Positions 52,543-63,382 of a stretch of DNA of 64,000 nt are shown here, piece by piece (the first letter of the stretch is position 1; every line of letters starts with the position of its first letter). The DNA lies in assembly GCA_000320545.1 (NCBI GenBank), contig ADNK01000910.1:33735-97734 (forward strand). The letters run 5' to 3'. Origin of the DNA: Bigelowiella natans CCMP2755 (lineage: Eukaryota > Protista > Cercozoa). The notes under the pieces were generated by a model. That model did no database searches, was not told the origin of the DNA, and saw only the letters and a program-made list of their open reading frames with translations. The position numbers were made by a program, and so were the translations under genes.

Positions 52543-55068
52543 ATGGGGAACGTCTCGTGCCGTAACATTTACCCGTTCTTCAGAAGCAAGGGCCCGTTTC
52601 GCAATCTTCTGCGAATGCTGGCAGAACCACTCCAGAGCGATGACAATTGGACTAATTCGTTTCGCAAGGTTTTGGCTGCCTTAAATGGCGAGCATGATGC
52701 TCATCATGCTCGTCTACGTCGCATTGAATCTCGAGAACTAAAAGTGGCAGTTCATCCAGAACGAAAGCTCCTTCATTACATCTCACGTCTCTTAAAATGT
52801 GTACAGCCGTTGTCCACACCCAACTACAAAGACGAGGAAATGTTTGAGCTGTTCAAAACATTAGATTCCGTTTCGAGTAACATTGACGTTCTCGATTCTG
52901 ACGACGAAACAGAAAGAAAAGCTTCTGGCGACGCGGCTTCTAGAGCCCCGACCAGGATCGAGAAGCTTAAAAGAAAAATTGCACTAACCAGGGACGAGAT
53001 ATACCAGGCGCAATCAAATGTTGCCGCGAGCATTACGGGATTCACTGTCGACCAGAAGGCTTACGAGTTAGGTTCCCAAATTCCTGACTTTATAAGCCGG
53101 TTCAAAAATCTTCGGCACTTGGACTTGCGGGGAATTAAACCTGAAAATGGAGAATTTAAAGGTCTAAATTTTCTGCCTAAAAGCGTACAAATTCTTGACA
53201 TTCGTGGAAACGATCTTACATCAATCCCATCGGGACCCCTGGAACATGTCGAATATTGTCGAATGGTGGAGGGCAATTCGTTAGAAGATTTGGGAGGAAG
53301 CTTCCCTGCGTTGTTGCTCTGGTACCAGGACCTCAATGGGGTTCACTCGGCTCTCACGAAGGGATCTAGAGACTTGTCACAGGAACTGAAGGCAACTAGC
53401 GTAGACTTATCAGGAAAAGCTGTGTCACGTTTTCCCAGAGATTTAGGCATGCTCTCGACTTTGCGAAAACTGCGGATGGATCGAAACACACTCAAAGAAT
53501 TCCCAAAATTCCTTGGACGATTGAAAAATTTGGAATTTCTCAATTTGGCATCAAACGGAATTCGCAGAATAGACAGCGGGATATTGCAGGAGCTTACGAG
53601 TTTAAAGGTCCTAAATTTGAGACACAATTCAATCGAGGAGCTGGAGAATTCCTTAGAGAATTTTTTGCACGTGAACATTATGATTGGGGCCAACCCGATA
53701 GCTTCGACTAACGGCTCTATGAAGCTTCTTCGTTTTTGGATGACGCAGCACGGAGTACTAGATGAAAAAAAGAATACTACTTCCTTCAGAATGAGCAAGG
53801 CGCTGCACGTGCTGCCGAAAGAATTTGTTAATCTCGATTTCAATTGCATAGATGGGGCCCTGAATCCAGTTTCCGAATTAGTATGGAAGAAATTTGCGAA
53901 CTTTCAGTCTTTAAGAATATTGAATTTGGAGGGATCTCTAAGAGACGTAGTCTACCACGTAGATCGCCTTTCACTGCCGTCTTTAGAGAGATTGATACTA
54001 CGGAAGAACACGATCAAAAAACTTTCGAATTGGCACCTACCAGCTCTAACGCACTTGGATGTCAGTTTTAACATGATATCCTCCATGAGCTCGTGCCATC
54101 TACCAAACCTTAAAAGTGCCATATTATGCAGTAATCAGCTCACCGTGGAGCCAGGTTTCTTGGAAAAATCTCCGGATCTGAAAAAGCTCGACCTCAGTCA
54201 GAATAATATCAAGAGGCTGAAGCTGACATGTGTGCTACCGTCGCTGGAAGATCTCGACTTGAATAAAAATAGTCTCGCTTCATTCCCAAAATGCACCTTG
54301 GACAGAAGCAGGATGCCAGCACTTCGAACAGTTAACGTTGCGAGAAATAGGATAAGTGTGCTGCCAAAATGCTTGGCAGAGGTTAAAGGGTGTGCATACA
54401 AATATCTTCCTAATCCGATTGTTTCACTAGGCGGCGAACAAAACCTCGCCAATTTTCTCATCCATTGCGGCGTGTCCAGAGTCCAGGCCGAAAACCACTC
54501 CGAATTAAAGTCCCTGGATCTAAGCGACAAAGGCCTTGCGGGTATCCCAGTAGAACTTGAGAAATTGAGTTCTCTTAATTGCCTGAACGTATCGGGAATC
54601 TCATCGGTTAAGAAGTTCCTGAAGCTCCAAACAGAATCTTTGATTCAACTCACAGCTCAAGGTTGCGAGCTTGGTCCTCATTTTCCGTATGACAATGAAT
54701 GGAAACGTCTTGTGGTGCTTGATGCAGCCAACAACAATTTCACCAGGATTCCTATCGTTTCAGCTGGTACGCTTCGTGTGCTGCGGCTTTCCGGTTGCCA
54801 TATGCAGGATATAAAGGGCATCGAAGCTTACCGAAATCTGGAAGAGCTTGACATTAGCAACAACCATCTCAGCCAAGTCTACGAAGGATTTGGAGGCTTA
54901 ACGAATTTAAAAAAACTGAGTTGGGAGAAAAATTTTATATCTGACTTTCCAAGGTCAGTGTGGCTCATCATTCAAAAACTTCGAGATTCAGATCCATTGT
55001 TCGAACCACCGAACCATTTCTCAGGCCTTTTAACTTGGCAGGATTGGGAATATGAAGCATTTCATTAA
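52543..55068 (+). CDS. Intronless leucine-rich-repeat protein (~841 aa) with predicted N-myristoylation/palmitoylation (MGNVSC)
   Basis: Uninterrupted ORF with many LxxLxLxxNxL repeats (e.g. LEFLNLASNGI, LKVLNLRHNSI, LKKLDLSQNNI, LEELDISNNHL). The first in-frame ATG is at 52543; the ORF-track start at 52474 is a TTG inside the MITE. Confidence 0.88.
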   Translation: MGNVSCRNIYPFFRSKGPFRNLLRMLAEPLQSDDNWTNSFRKVLAALNGEHDAHHARLRRIESRELKVAVHPERKLLHYISRLLKCVQPLSTPNYKDEEMFELFKTLDSVSSNIDVLDSDDETERKASGDAASRAPTRIEKLKRKIALTRDEIYQAQSNVAASITGFTVDQKAYELGSQIPDFISRFKNLRHLDLRGIKPENGEFKGLNFLPKSVQILDIRGNDLTSIPSGPLEHVEYCRMVEGNSLEDLGGSFPALLLWYQDLNGVHSALTKGSRDLSQELKATSVDLSGKAVSRFPRDLGMLSTLRKLRMDRNTLKEFPKFLGRLKNLEFLNLASNGIRRIDSGILQELTSLKVLNLRHNSIEELENSLENFLHVNIMIGANPIASTNGSMKLLRFWMTQHGVLDEKKNTTSFRMSKALHVLPKEFVNLDFNCIDGALNPVSELVWKKFANFQSLRILNLEGSLRDVVYHVDRLSLPSLERLILRKNTIKKLSNWHLPALTHLDVSFNMISSMSSCHLPNLKSAILCSNQLTVEPGFLEKSPDLKKLDLSQNNIKRLKLTCVLPSLEDLDLNKNSLASFPKCTLDRSRMPALRTVNVARNRISVLPKCLAEVKGCAYKYLPNPIVSLGGEQNLANFLIHCGVSRVQAENHSELKSLDLSDKGLAGIPVELEKLSSLNCLNVSGISSVKKFLKLQTESLIQLTAQGCELGPHFPYDNEWKRLVVLDAANNNFTRIPIVSAGTLRVLRLSGCHMQDIKGIEAYRNLEELDISNNHLSQVYEGFGGLTNLKKLSWEKNFISDFPRSVWLIIQKLRDSDPLFEPPNHFSGLLTWQDWEYEAFH

Positions 55069-55169
55069 CGACTGAATGTTTCTACAGTGATGTATTAAAA
55101 GTCGTTGAAGTGTAGCAGCACACAACACAAGGACATTGTGACTGATTCTGGCCGGTATGTACCTCTAAT

Positions 55170-55620
55170 AGGATGTAATGAAATGTTAAAAAAAATTCAA
55201 TGGTCATCCTAATGTAACTATGCAGAATAGCGGCTACAGCGCTCAAGTTGTATCTGTGTCTATAGTATCTATTTGTTTCTTGTGTCACATGTTGCATGCA
55301 TGTGAAAGCATTGCAAATTGGTCGGCCATGTCGTGCTTTGCCCGCAGCAGTGCGAGCTCTTTTCTCTAGCTGTATTTGTGAGGCGTTTCGCTTCGTCGTT
55401 GCGGTCCATGATGGCCGTCAGTTGTTTGCATCTAGACATGTTCAACTTCTGTGTACGTTCCACACAGTCGTGGACTGCTGGGCTCAGATGAGTCACATTT
55501 GCAGGCGGTGGTGTGGCAGGCCCACTGATGTGTGCTTCATTGCGTTTGTTTCTTTGGTGTGCAATTGTCACTTTTTTGGCAATCATCTGAACAAGGCTAA
55601 TGACAAATGAAATGGCTGTC
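55170..55620 (-). mobile_element. Degenerate 3' fragment of a non-LTR retrotransposon (copy B)
   Basis: Reverse strand encodes KQLTAIMDRNDE.. and HVTQETNR..YNLSAVAAILHSYIRMTIE, homologous to the C-terminus of the 55782-56789 ORF. Contains frameshifts and internal deletions. Confidence 0.75.
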
Positions 55621-55781
55621 GAAATGCCATCACGACATGGCCCATTGACACGTACGTACAATGGACAGACTAGCACAGACGTAGACATGCTTGTGTCTCT
55701 CTAGCTCTGCTAATGAGGGCTAGAGGGTTCAAGGTTCAACAATTTCGCACCTGCATGCCAGCATGTGCGCTGCAGTTCTGA

Positions 55782-56810
55782 ATGCACAAATTGCACATGT
55801 TCTTACTAGCTCATACGATGCATGTTGCGCCCACATGGAGGTCCAAGAAAAACCTCAAAACAAAGCAGCTAGATTCCATGGAATCCCAAACACTCAAAAG
55901 AGTCCTGGGATTGCCAGGATCCACATCCAACGACACACCCCATGTGTTAGCGGCAACATTGCCACCACGTTGTCGCACACAGGTTCAATGCACCAAGACG
56001 TGGCTGCGAACCAATGTGTGGGTGGAGGATGCTGCTGGCAACGGACATGTGGTGGAGGAAGAAGTGCTCAATTGGAGCTCTTTCGGACACCACATCGAAT
56101 CCTCACTGGAACACAAATGGCACAATGCAACTAGGTCGTGGAACAGAGTGTCCTTGTGCCGCCGACTCAGTTTGATTGCGACCAAATTGCTTGGAGCGGA
56201 ACACCCTGCAACACGTGCTACCAAGGAGACACCAAAAAGGAAACTGAAAGCACACAACAAAACAATCATGCGGAACGCCGAATCCAACTTCAAAACTGGT
56301 TGGAACAAAGAGGGAACCAAGGCCATGCATTTTGAAAAACTTGACTTCATGCCTGGCTCTCGGATGACAGGAATTGCATTGAAGCTGCCAAGCATTGCCA
56401 CATCATGGATGCGCGCCATCTGTGGTGTTGGCAATCTTGGTGCATTCATGCCATCCAGAGGACAACGCACAAAACGGGAAGCAACGTGCGAAGTGTGCAA
56501 CTCATTGCAAGACATGGACCACATTCTGCAATGCAGGAAATGCGGACCACAGCGACTCAGAATCAACAAACAACTGACAGCGATCATGGATCGCAATGAC
56601 GAGACCACGCGTCTTGCAACCGCAGAGAAAACAAGTCGAGAAGCTGCGCGCAAAGCGCGCCATGCCAGAGCAAAACAGGATGCATTTTCATGCATGCGCC
56701 ATGTGACCAAGGAAACAAATAGACACAATTTAAGCGCTGTAGCCGCTGCATTGCACAGCTACATTGGGATGACCATTGAAACAATTTAAACATTTCATTA
56801 CATTCGTCTC
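55782..56810 (+). mobile_element. 5'-truncated non-LTR retrotransposon ORF2 C-terminus (post-RT region + CCHC zinc knuckle), heavily TA-eroded (copy A)
   Basis: HKLHM..MHVAPTW..QLDSMESQTLKRVLGLPGST resembles the LINE post-RT 'lYk..irp.l.Y..pvW...l..iq.r.lr.ilg.p.st' segment. CEVCNSLQDMDHILQC is the C-terminal CCHC knuckle. The 3' end is shared with copies B and C. Confidence 0.75.
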
Positions 56811-57095
56811 ATGCATGCACATGAAGCACACTGCGCACAAGCATTTGTATTTGTACATGTTTTGTTTGCGCGACTGCACGCAATGCACATAGCAACGCTT
56901 CGCATGTGTACACGTGTGCTTGTTTAGAGCCGTAGAATCCCACATCACACATGCTGAATAAACTTTATTCGATTCGATCAACGCATTTATATATAAGATG
57001 ACCGTACGTACCACGTATGTAGTGTTTTGATGACCATGCGGCGAACTATAGTAAACGCCACGAACAAATATTTACGCTCCATCGCATGCTTTGTC

Positions 57096-57842
57096 TCAAC
57101 CGGGCCCGACCTGAACAAATAACAGGGAGGGGATTAAATGTTAGCAAAATTTTAGACCTGACAAAGCGACACATTTTATGCAATACAAAGTCGTCGCTCT
57201 GTGACATTTTTACAATTTTCTCGATGATGGAGAATATAGATGATGATGTCATGCACGCATTAAGTACCCGAGGAATGTCGTAGTGCTCAGTCAAAGAGCC
57301 CAGATACTCGTTGAATTCCTTAATTTTCTCCCTGTGGGTCTTCTTGATCTTCTTGTTGATCATGCGTTGCTCCTAAGGAAGTGGGCATATTACTAAAATT
57401 AAGAAGGGGGGCGGATGATCCAGCTCATTGGAATCACAACAACGATCCTTTATGAAAGGAATGTAAACTATTTGTTGATAATCAGTTTATCTTGGTCGTC
57501 ATCACCAGTTTAGCTTGAGCACGAATGAAGTTCTTCTCGCTCTCAGTCATTCCTGCTATCTCAGCCTCGATGTCGATCTGGTGGGAGGGCCGAGACAATA
57601 TATTGACAGTATAAGGAGGTTGAGTAAGTGATTGATAAGTAAGTAAAAGAGCCACCAGAAGTAACAAGTATGGTCATGCCATCCAATATAAGTCGTATGA
57701 GAACCTCCTCTTCTTTTTCGCCTTTCTTTGCGTCTGTTTTCTGCTTTTTGTCGGCCTGTAGGTTGGAAAATTGCTGTGAGCACCTCTTCGCTAGTTATTG
57801 GAAAAGACCTCTACAACATATAACAATATATGACAATATATA

Positions 57843-57931
<89 letters not shown>

Positions 57932-58228
57932 ACAACTTGATCATCAGCTTGAGCCTCGTCGTCTTTCTTCAGTTCTTCCTTTTTCCTCTTTTTCTTTTTT
58001 TTCTTCTTTTTCCTGTCATTGATATAGCATAATTCGTTGGGTTAGCTCGTATGCACACTTCCATGTCTATCAAAAAAATAAACATGTTGAGAAGTCATAG
58101 AGGCAGGAAAAAAATTCTTGGCCTTTTGGTAGAGAACAAGCAACACTGAAATCATACGCACACGCCAGGCTGCACCTTTTGTCTGTCTTGAAGGACAGCT
58201 TGCCCTTTTGAACTGTGGTGAAGTCCAT
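57096..58228 (-). CDS. FAM32A: FAM32A-like (DUF1754) small nuclear protein
   Basis: MDFTTVQKGKLSFK..KKKKKK..MTESEKNF..KKTHREKIKEFNEYLGSLTEHYDIPR|VGPG*. The EHxDIPxVxxx C-terminus is diagnostic. Confidence 0.85.
57846..57928. repeat. (TA)n microsatellite, ~40 units, in a FAM32A intron
   Basis: Uninterrupted AT/TA run. It is one of many intronic (TA)n, (CA/TG)n, (GA)n, (CAT/GAT)n, (TAG/CTA)n and (AAG)n tracts in the window. Confidence 0.95.
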
Positions 58229-58661
58229 ATCAAAACCCTTTCGTATCCTGGCTGCTATGTGGAGTTGACTAGAATGAGAAGGGGGGGAAAGATTCGACGC
58301 ACGCCGAAGAGCAGGACGCGTATGTCAAGAGTTGTTCTCGGACGTTGCCGTGTGTAGGTTGGCGGCTTATTTTAGTAAAAAGTTTGATACTAAAATATCC
58401 TAAATAATACACGTATATTCTTATGTAAGGAACACGATATGTCTGCATCAGTCTTGGGATGGCCAACTGACCTTTCACTTTTTCACATAAAACATCGATA
58501 ATATTCTCTCTAATTACGAAAGACAGCGGATCGATAAGCCTCACGGCGTTTTCACTGTGTGACTGGATAGATTTGAAGTCTTAGCAAATATATCGCATGC
58601 AATTTGAATTTTATGCGAAATAACTGGAACCCTTGTGTCTGAGAAAATCTGTTCTTTCAGG

Positions 58662-59831
58662 ATGGACCCTTGCCGGCCATCGGCGCCCAGTCTTCTTGTT
58701 GATCGCTCTGGCGCGGACGATGGCGACAAGTTTATCGTTTCGGTAATTGCCGCTCCAAACCTCAATGCGTCGCAACTTATCCATTCTTTGGCGCAAAGGA
58801 TAGAAGGTGGGGGTGGCCAGCACGAACGGCCGTGTCCAGGTAGAAGGCCAACGAGCGAAATTCTTATCTTCTTCTTTTTCTTCATCCCCTTTCCCTACTT
58901 CATCATTCTTCTAACAGAATCAAACTTGTGATAGGGGGGCTGAATTCAAAATATGTGGATTTTGTCCACGTGGGGGGCACGAGAAACTATGACATCAAGC
59001 AAAGAGTAAGAATCTTCGACGCACAGGCAACCACAGGTGGCGAATTCCTTTCGGAAAACAGAAGGATCATAACGTTGCTCTGCGAAATACCCTTTCAGGA
59101 GGAAACATGAATGGGTTGTGCGAAGGCTTCCTTAGGTCGCAAATGGGTGTCTTCATGTTCTCACTAGTAAAGCCCTCCTCCCTCGACTGGCTGAAAGAAT
59201 TCATCTTAGGTTGGTATTTTTATGCAGCAGCTGCGTCTCCACTGCATTGTTGTCGTAAACAAACATCGCCCATTAATCTCTCCAAGCTACTTAAACTACG
59301 AGGTGCCTAAGATCGTAGCATTTTGGAATCCGTAGGACCACAATATAGACTGGGGTCTTGCCTTCTCGTCGGAATTGACGTTGACAATCGTCGTCTCTTA
59401 GAACCAGCAGAATGCTCACGAAGGTTACACCGCGACATACCCAAAATTCCAATGCTTTACAAAGACATAGAACGTGCCATCGGGAACTCCAAAGAACGGT
59501 ACGTACCGTCCGACTCCCCCAATCTACTCCAAGTGAAACGGGCTCTGAGATGCAACGTTGCGGAACAGAAAGCGTATTTCGAATGCTCCTGCACCACGAA
59601 AGAGAATTTAGATGAACTGCTGGAAGTGTTAGCGAGGAGAATAGCAAAAATTTCCCACCGAAAAGAGCAAACAGCAAAAATTTCCCACCGAAAAGAGCAA
59701 ACAGCGAGGTATGGGTTCTTGTGATGAGTGCGTGCCTATCGCTAAAATCTCGTCTGAACACATGATGCCTGTTTGGCTCACATGAGGACACCTTTCAACT
59801 ATTTTCTCTCAGGTCGTGCAGACTCTTCTAA
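58662..59831 (+). CDS. Divergent Ras/Rho-superfamily small GTPase-like protein (probable pseudo-GTPase) with C-terminal CaaX
   Basis: Fold-order motifs: KFIVSVIAAPNLNAS (degenerate G1), VRIFDAQA (G3), GVFMFSLVKPSSL, CLLVGIDVD (G4) and YFECSCTTKENLDELL (G5). Spliced last exon gives ..TARSCRLF* (CaaX; TAA at 59829-59831). Confidence 0.65.
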
Positions 59832-59921
59832 AAGATAAATTCGAGAAGGACACGCATGCCACGCATATATGCGTGCGTGTGCTTTTGTCCTAATCTCATG
59901 CACATCTGCCAGCTAGACTGT

Positions 59922-60020
59922 GAGACGGATGTAATGAACATATGCAATTTTTTTCAATTCGACACACCCTAATGTAGCTATGCAAGCTGCAGCTACAGCG
60001 CTTAAGTTGTGTTTGTTTTC
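59922..60020 (-). mobile_element. Short 3'-end remnant of the same non-LTR family (copy C)
   Basis: Reverse complement acacaacttaagcgctgtagctgcagcttgcatagctacattagg..ttcattacatccgtctc aligns to 56723-56810. Confidence 0.7.
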
Positions 60021-60688
60021 GTTAGCTAGACTATAGTAGCACGTAGCCTCTTCGCACTGATACTTGTTGATGGATTGTGATGCGGCTGCGATGCATCAAT
60101 GCGTGTACGTACGTATACGTATGATGCACAGCACAACAGCACGTACATGCTGTGTCGGTGTGATGCACATTCTTTGTCTATAGTCACTGCTTGAGGTGGT
60201 ATGCGTGTGCACTGCAGGCGCAAGCTAATAAATGTCACACTTGATTGTACGTTCAGCAACTGCGCACTATCTTCAGATTTCCTAAATCACAGCTATACAT
60301 GCAAGATCATGGCGCGTGCACATTCTGCTTGAGCTCTGAGCGCCATGAGCACGCAAGCAGCAAACAAATTTCGTCGCCAAACACATGTGCATGCGCTGCG
60401 GCTGCATGTATGTACGTGCATCCTGGTCATGCGTGGCATGCAGGCAGTATAGTTGTCAAGTTTGTTTGAACAAAAATCCGTTGATGAGAGCTACTCTTCT
60501 TTAACGAATCTGCACTTGTAACTACTTGACGACGTGTTCACATGTCATCGATCATGTGTGTTGCGGTAGTTTTGCCGGTTGAATCAGGCACTTTCTAACG
60601 ATTATACGCGCACATGTATTGATACAGCCTGCAGTGAAACTCTATTCACTACGAGTCACACTTAGATATATGCATACGGTACGCATCG

Positions 60689-61086
60689 CTAGCAACGACG
60701 AGACGCCGCCTTAACCAACGGAAAAATATGCGCGTCGTAGTACACACGAAGACGCAATTCCTTTGCAGGGGCCTGATGATGATATTGGCCATATTCTTGG
60801 GATGGAACTGGAAACGAAGAATCGTTGTGGTTGTATGTTTGTGTGTCGAAGGACAGTTGCTACCATCAGGAGATATTCGCGCTTGTACGAGTTTCAAGGC
60901 GCAATGGCGGCGGCGGCGGCGGCGGCACAGTGATGAAAATGCGGAAAATACACACATGCCAATGGCGGACGAAGATGATGATAATTATGGCAGTCACCTC
61001 GGCCTCCTGGTTCTTTAAGGGAACAGTGAGCAGCTTTCGGCCGACTCGAGACAGGTTCTTGTACCTAAGTAGTAAATGATATCTTA

Positions 61087-61138
<52 letters not shown>

Positions 61139-62820
61139 CGAAGAAGAGGAAGAGGAGGAAGAAGAAGAGGATAAAAAAAAAGGGGGGAAAGACGTGTTTA
61201 CGCCATACTCGTAACATGCCAGCGAAACGAGGAAGTATAGAACCCCGCAATGCAATTAATCATCATCTCGTTATTCTCTAAATACTACTCCTCCATTTGC
61301 CATCTCAACAAAGGTAGTAGAAAGAACATCCTCCTCCTCCTCCTCCTCCTCCTCCTCCTCCTCCCTCTAACCCGAAGCCTCTCTTAGCTGCTGCTGCTGC
61401 TGCTGAAAGTGCTACTGATACTACCACATCAAAACTTCTTTCTCCCCCGCGCGCATGATAATGCAGTTGCGATGATTCGTGTCCTCCCATTTGTTTTGCT
61501 GAGGCCAATCAAACAAGGCAAAGCATCATCTTTTCCAACCGTCGCCATTATTCATAAAGAGGTGTCCACGTCGTCATGCGCAGGCTCGCTACTACTTACT
61601 TCAAGCTTCTTCTTAAACAATCATGGAGAGGCGAGCCATGGTTTTGACGTTAATTACTACTACAAACTACTACTACTACTTCACTGTTGTTACGGGTATG
61701 TTACTATTAGCACCTTAAGCAGTTTGTGATCGTGCTGGAGTGAGTGCTCAAACCTCCCAAGGGACACATCACACGCCTTGTCCAACAACGCTAGAGCCGC
61801 AGATTCATTGCGACTGAAGAACGCACGAACGAGTGGGTAGATGTATGGGTCAATGCGTGGAGATATTTTGATGATAATGATGATGGTGATGGTGATGATG
61901 ATGATGATGCAGCTGCTGCAGCTGCTGATGTAATTATTCTTTTTTATAAGTGTGTGCTACAAGGAATACATTTCAAGAAATCATGACTACTGAAAACACC
62001 GATGATTTTTATTGTCTCGCAACAGTGGTCATGGTGCAGAAAAATTCAACGAAGTTTTCGTATATCTATGAGTTTTTAAATCTCCGAGTTATAATTACGA
62101 TGTATGTGAGGTGAAGGTATGGCGAAAGGAGATATGGCTTGGCAAGAAGAGAAGCAAGAAGAAGAGCAAATTTTTGAATAATAGGAAAATCTCCCCCCCC
62201 CCCCCGACCCGCTCTCTACATCTTTCAGAAATACATGGAGATATGGTGGTTGAAGTTTGGCCTCCGTGCCAATTCCTCCGAAGTGGCAGCAGCTGTGCGA
62301 AAGAACGCCATCATGTCCTTTGCCTTTCGAGCCCAGTGCGCCTGACACACACACAGAGAGAAAGAGAGAGAGAGGAGGAGGAGGGAGGGGGGAGGGGAAC
62401 GGGAGAGGGGAGGGAGAAAAACGATCGTCTCATCATTAGGATCAAAACCACTCAATCATCAAAAGAATATCTCACTAAAAATGAGCGCAGATGTATACAC
62501 ACACGTGTTGTGCGTGTGCATGTTCGGGTGCATCCGACACGATCACGACACCGATGCCGCGTCGAGTTTCCCGTAACAACAATTACAACACCAATACCAA
62601 CAACACCAATACCAACAACAACAATAACAACAACAACAACATGACCTTCTTCTTACTGATCTCACACAACTCGCGACCACTCGCTACACTACTCCTACTA
62701 CTACTACTACTACTACTACTACTGCTACTACTTCTACTACTAATACTAATACGGACGTCGCAGCTACTAACATAACAAAAGAGACAAGAAAAGACATCTA
62801 GGACTACCAAACTACTACTG

Positions 62821-62853
<33 letters not shown>

Positions 62854-63017
62854 GAGGCTGAAACTCCCTCACTGTCCAGCTGCCGAGCTGTCGGCGTTTC
62901 TGATGGTAAAGGGGATCCGAATCCTCCAGCCGCGCGTATATCACCGCGTCGTTGTCCTCATAGTTCTGGTCGATCGTGAAGCCGTAGTTGACAAAATACC
63001 GACCCTGATGTTGTTAA

Positions 63018-63048
<31 letters not shown>

Positions 63049-63341
63049 TGGCCGCAACAGAACATCATATGCGCCACTGGTTTGTGTATGTGTGCGTGTG
63101 TTGGTGAATGAGTCCATGCATGGTCAGGGCTAGCATCGGAAAAATCATTGTCGTTGTTGTCGTATTTGTCGCATTTGTCGTAATCGTCGTCGTCATCATC
63201 ATCATTTTCATCATCCTCCGGTCGGTCGCACTACCTGCCATTTTCGTCCATAGCTATCAAAAAGCTGCTGATCCGACCCCACCTAAAGGGCAATCACGAT
63301 TTGTGTCTTCACGCCCCTTTCTGTGCAGTCTCTCTCCCTCT

Positions 63342-63382
<41 letters not shown>

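Noticed and set aside
55985-56728. 247-aa antisense ORF and other overlapping ORFs in the TA-poor islands (22.9-23.5 kb, 37.6-37.9 kb)
   Set aside because: Loss of TA removes TAA/TAG stops on both strands, so spurious open frames are expected. No protein motifs are present.
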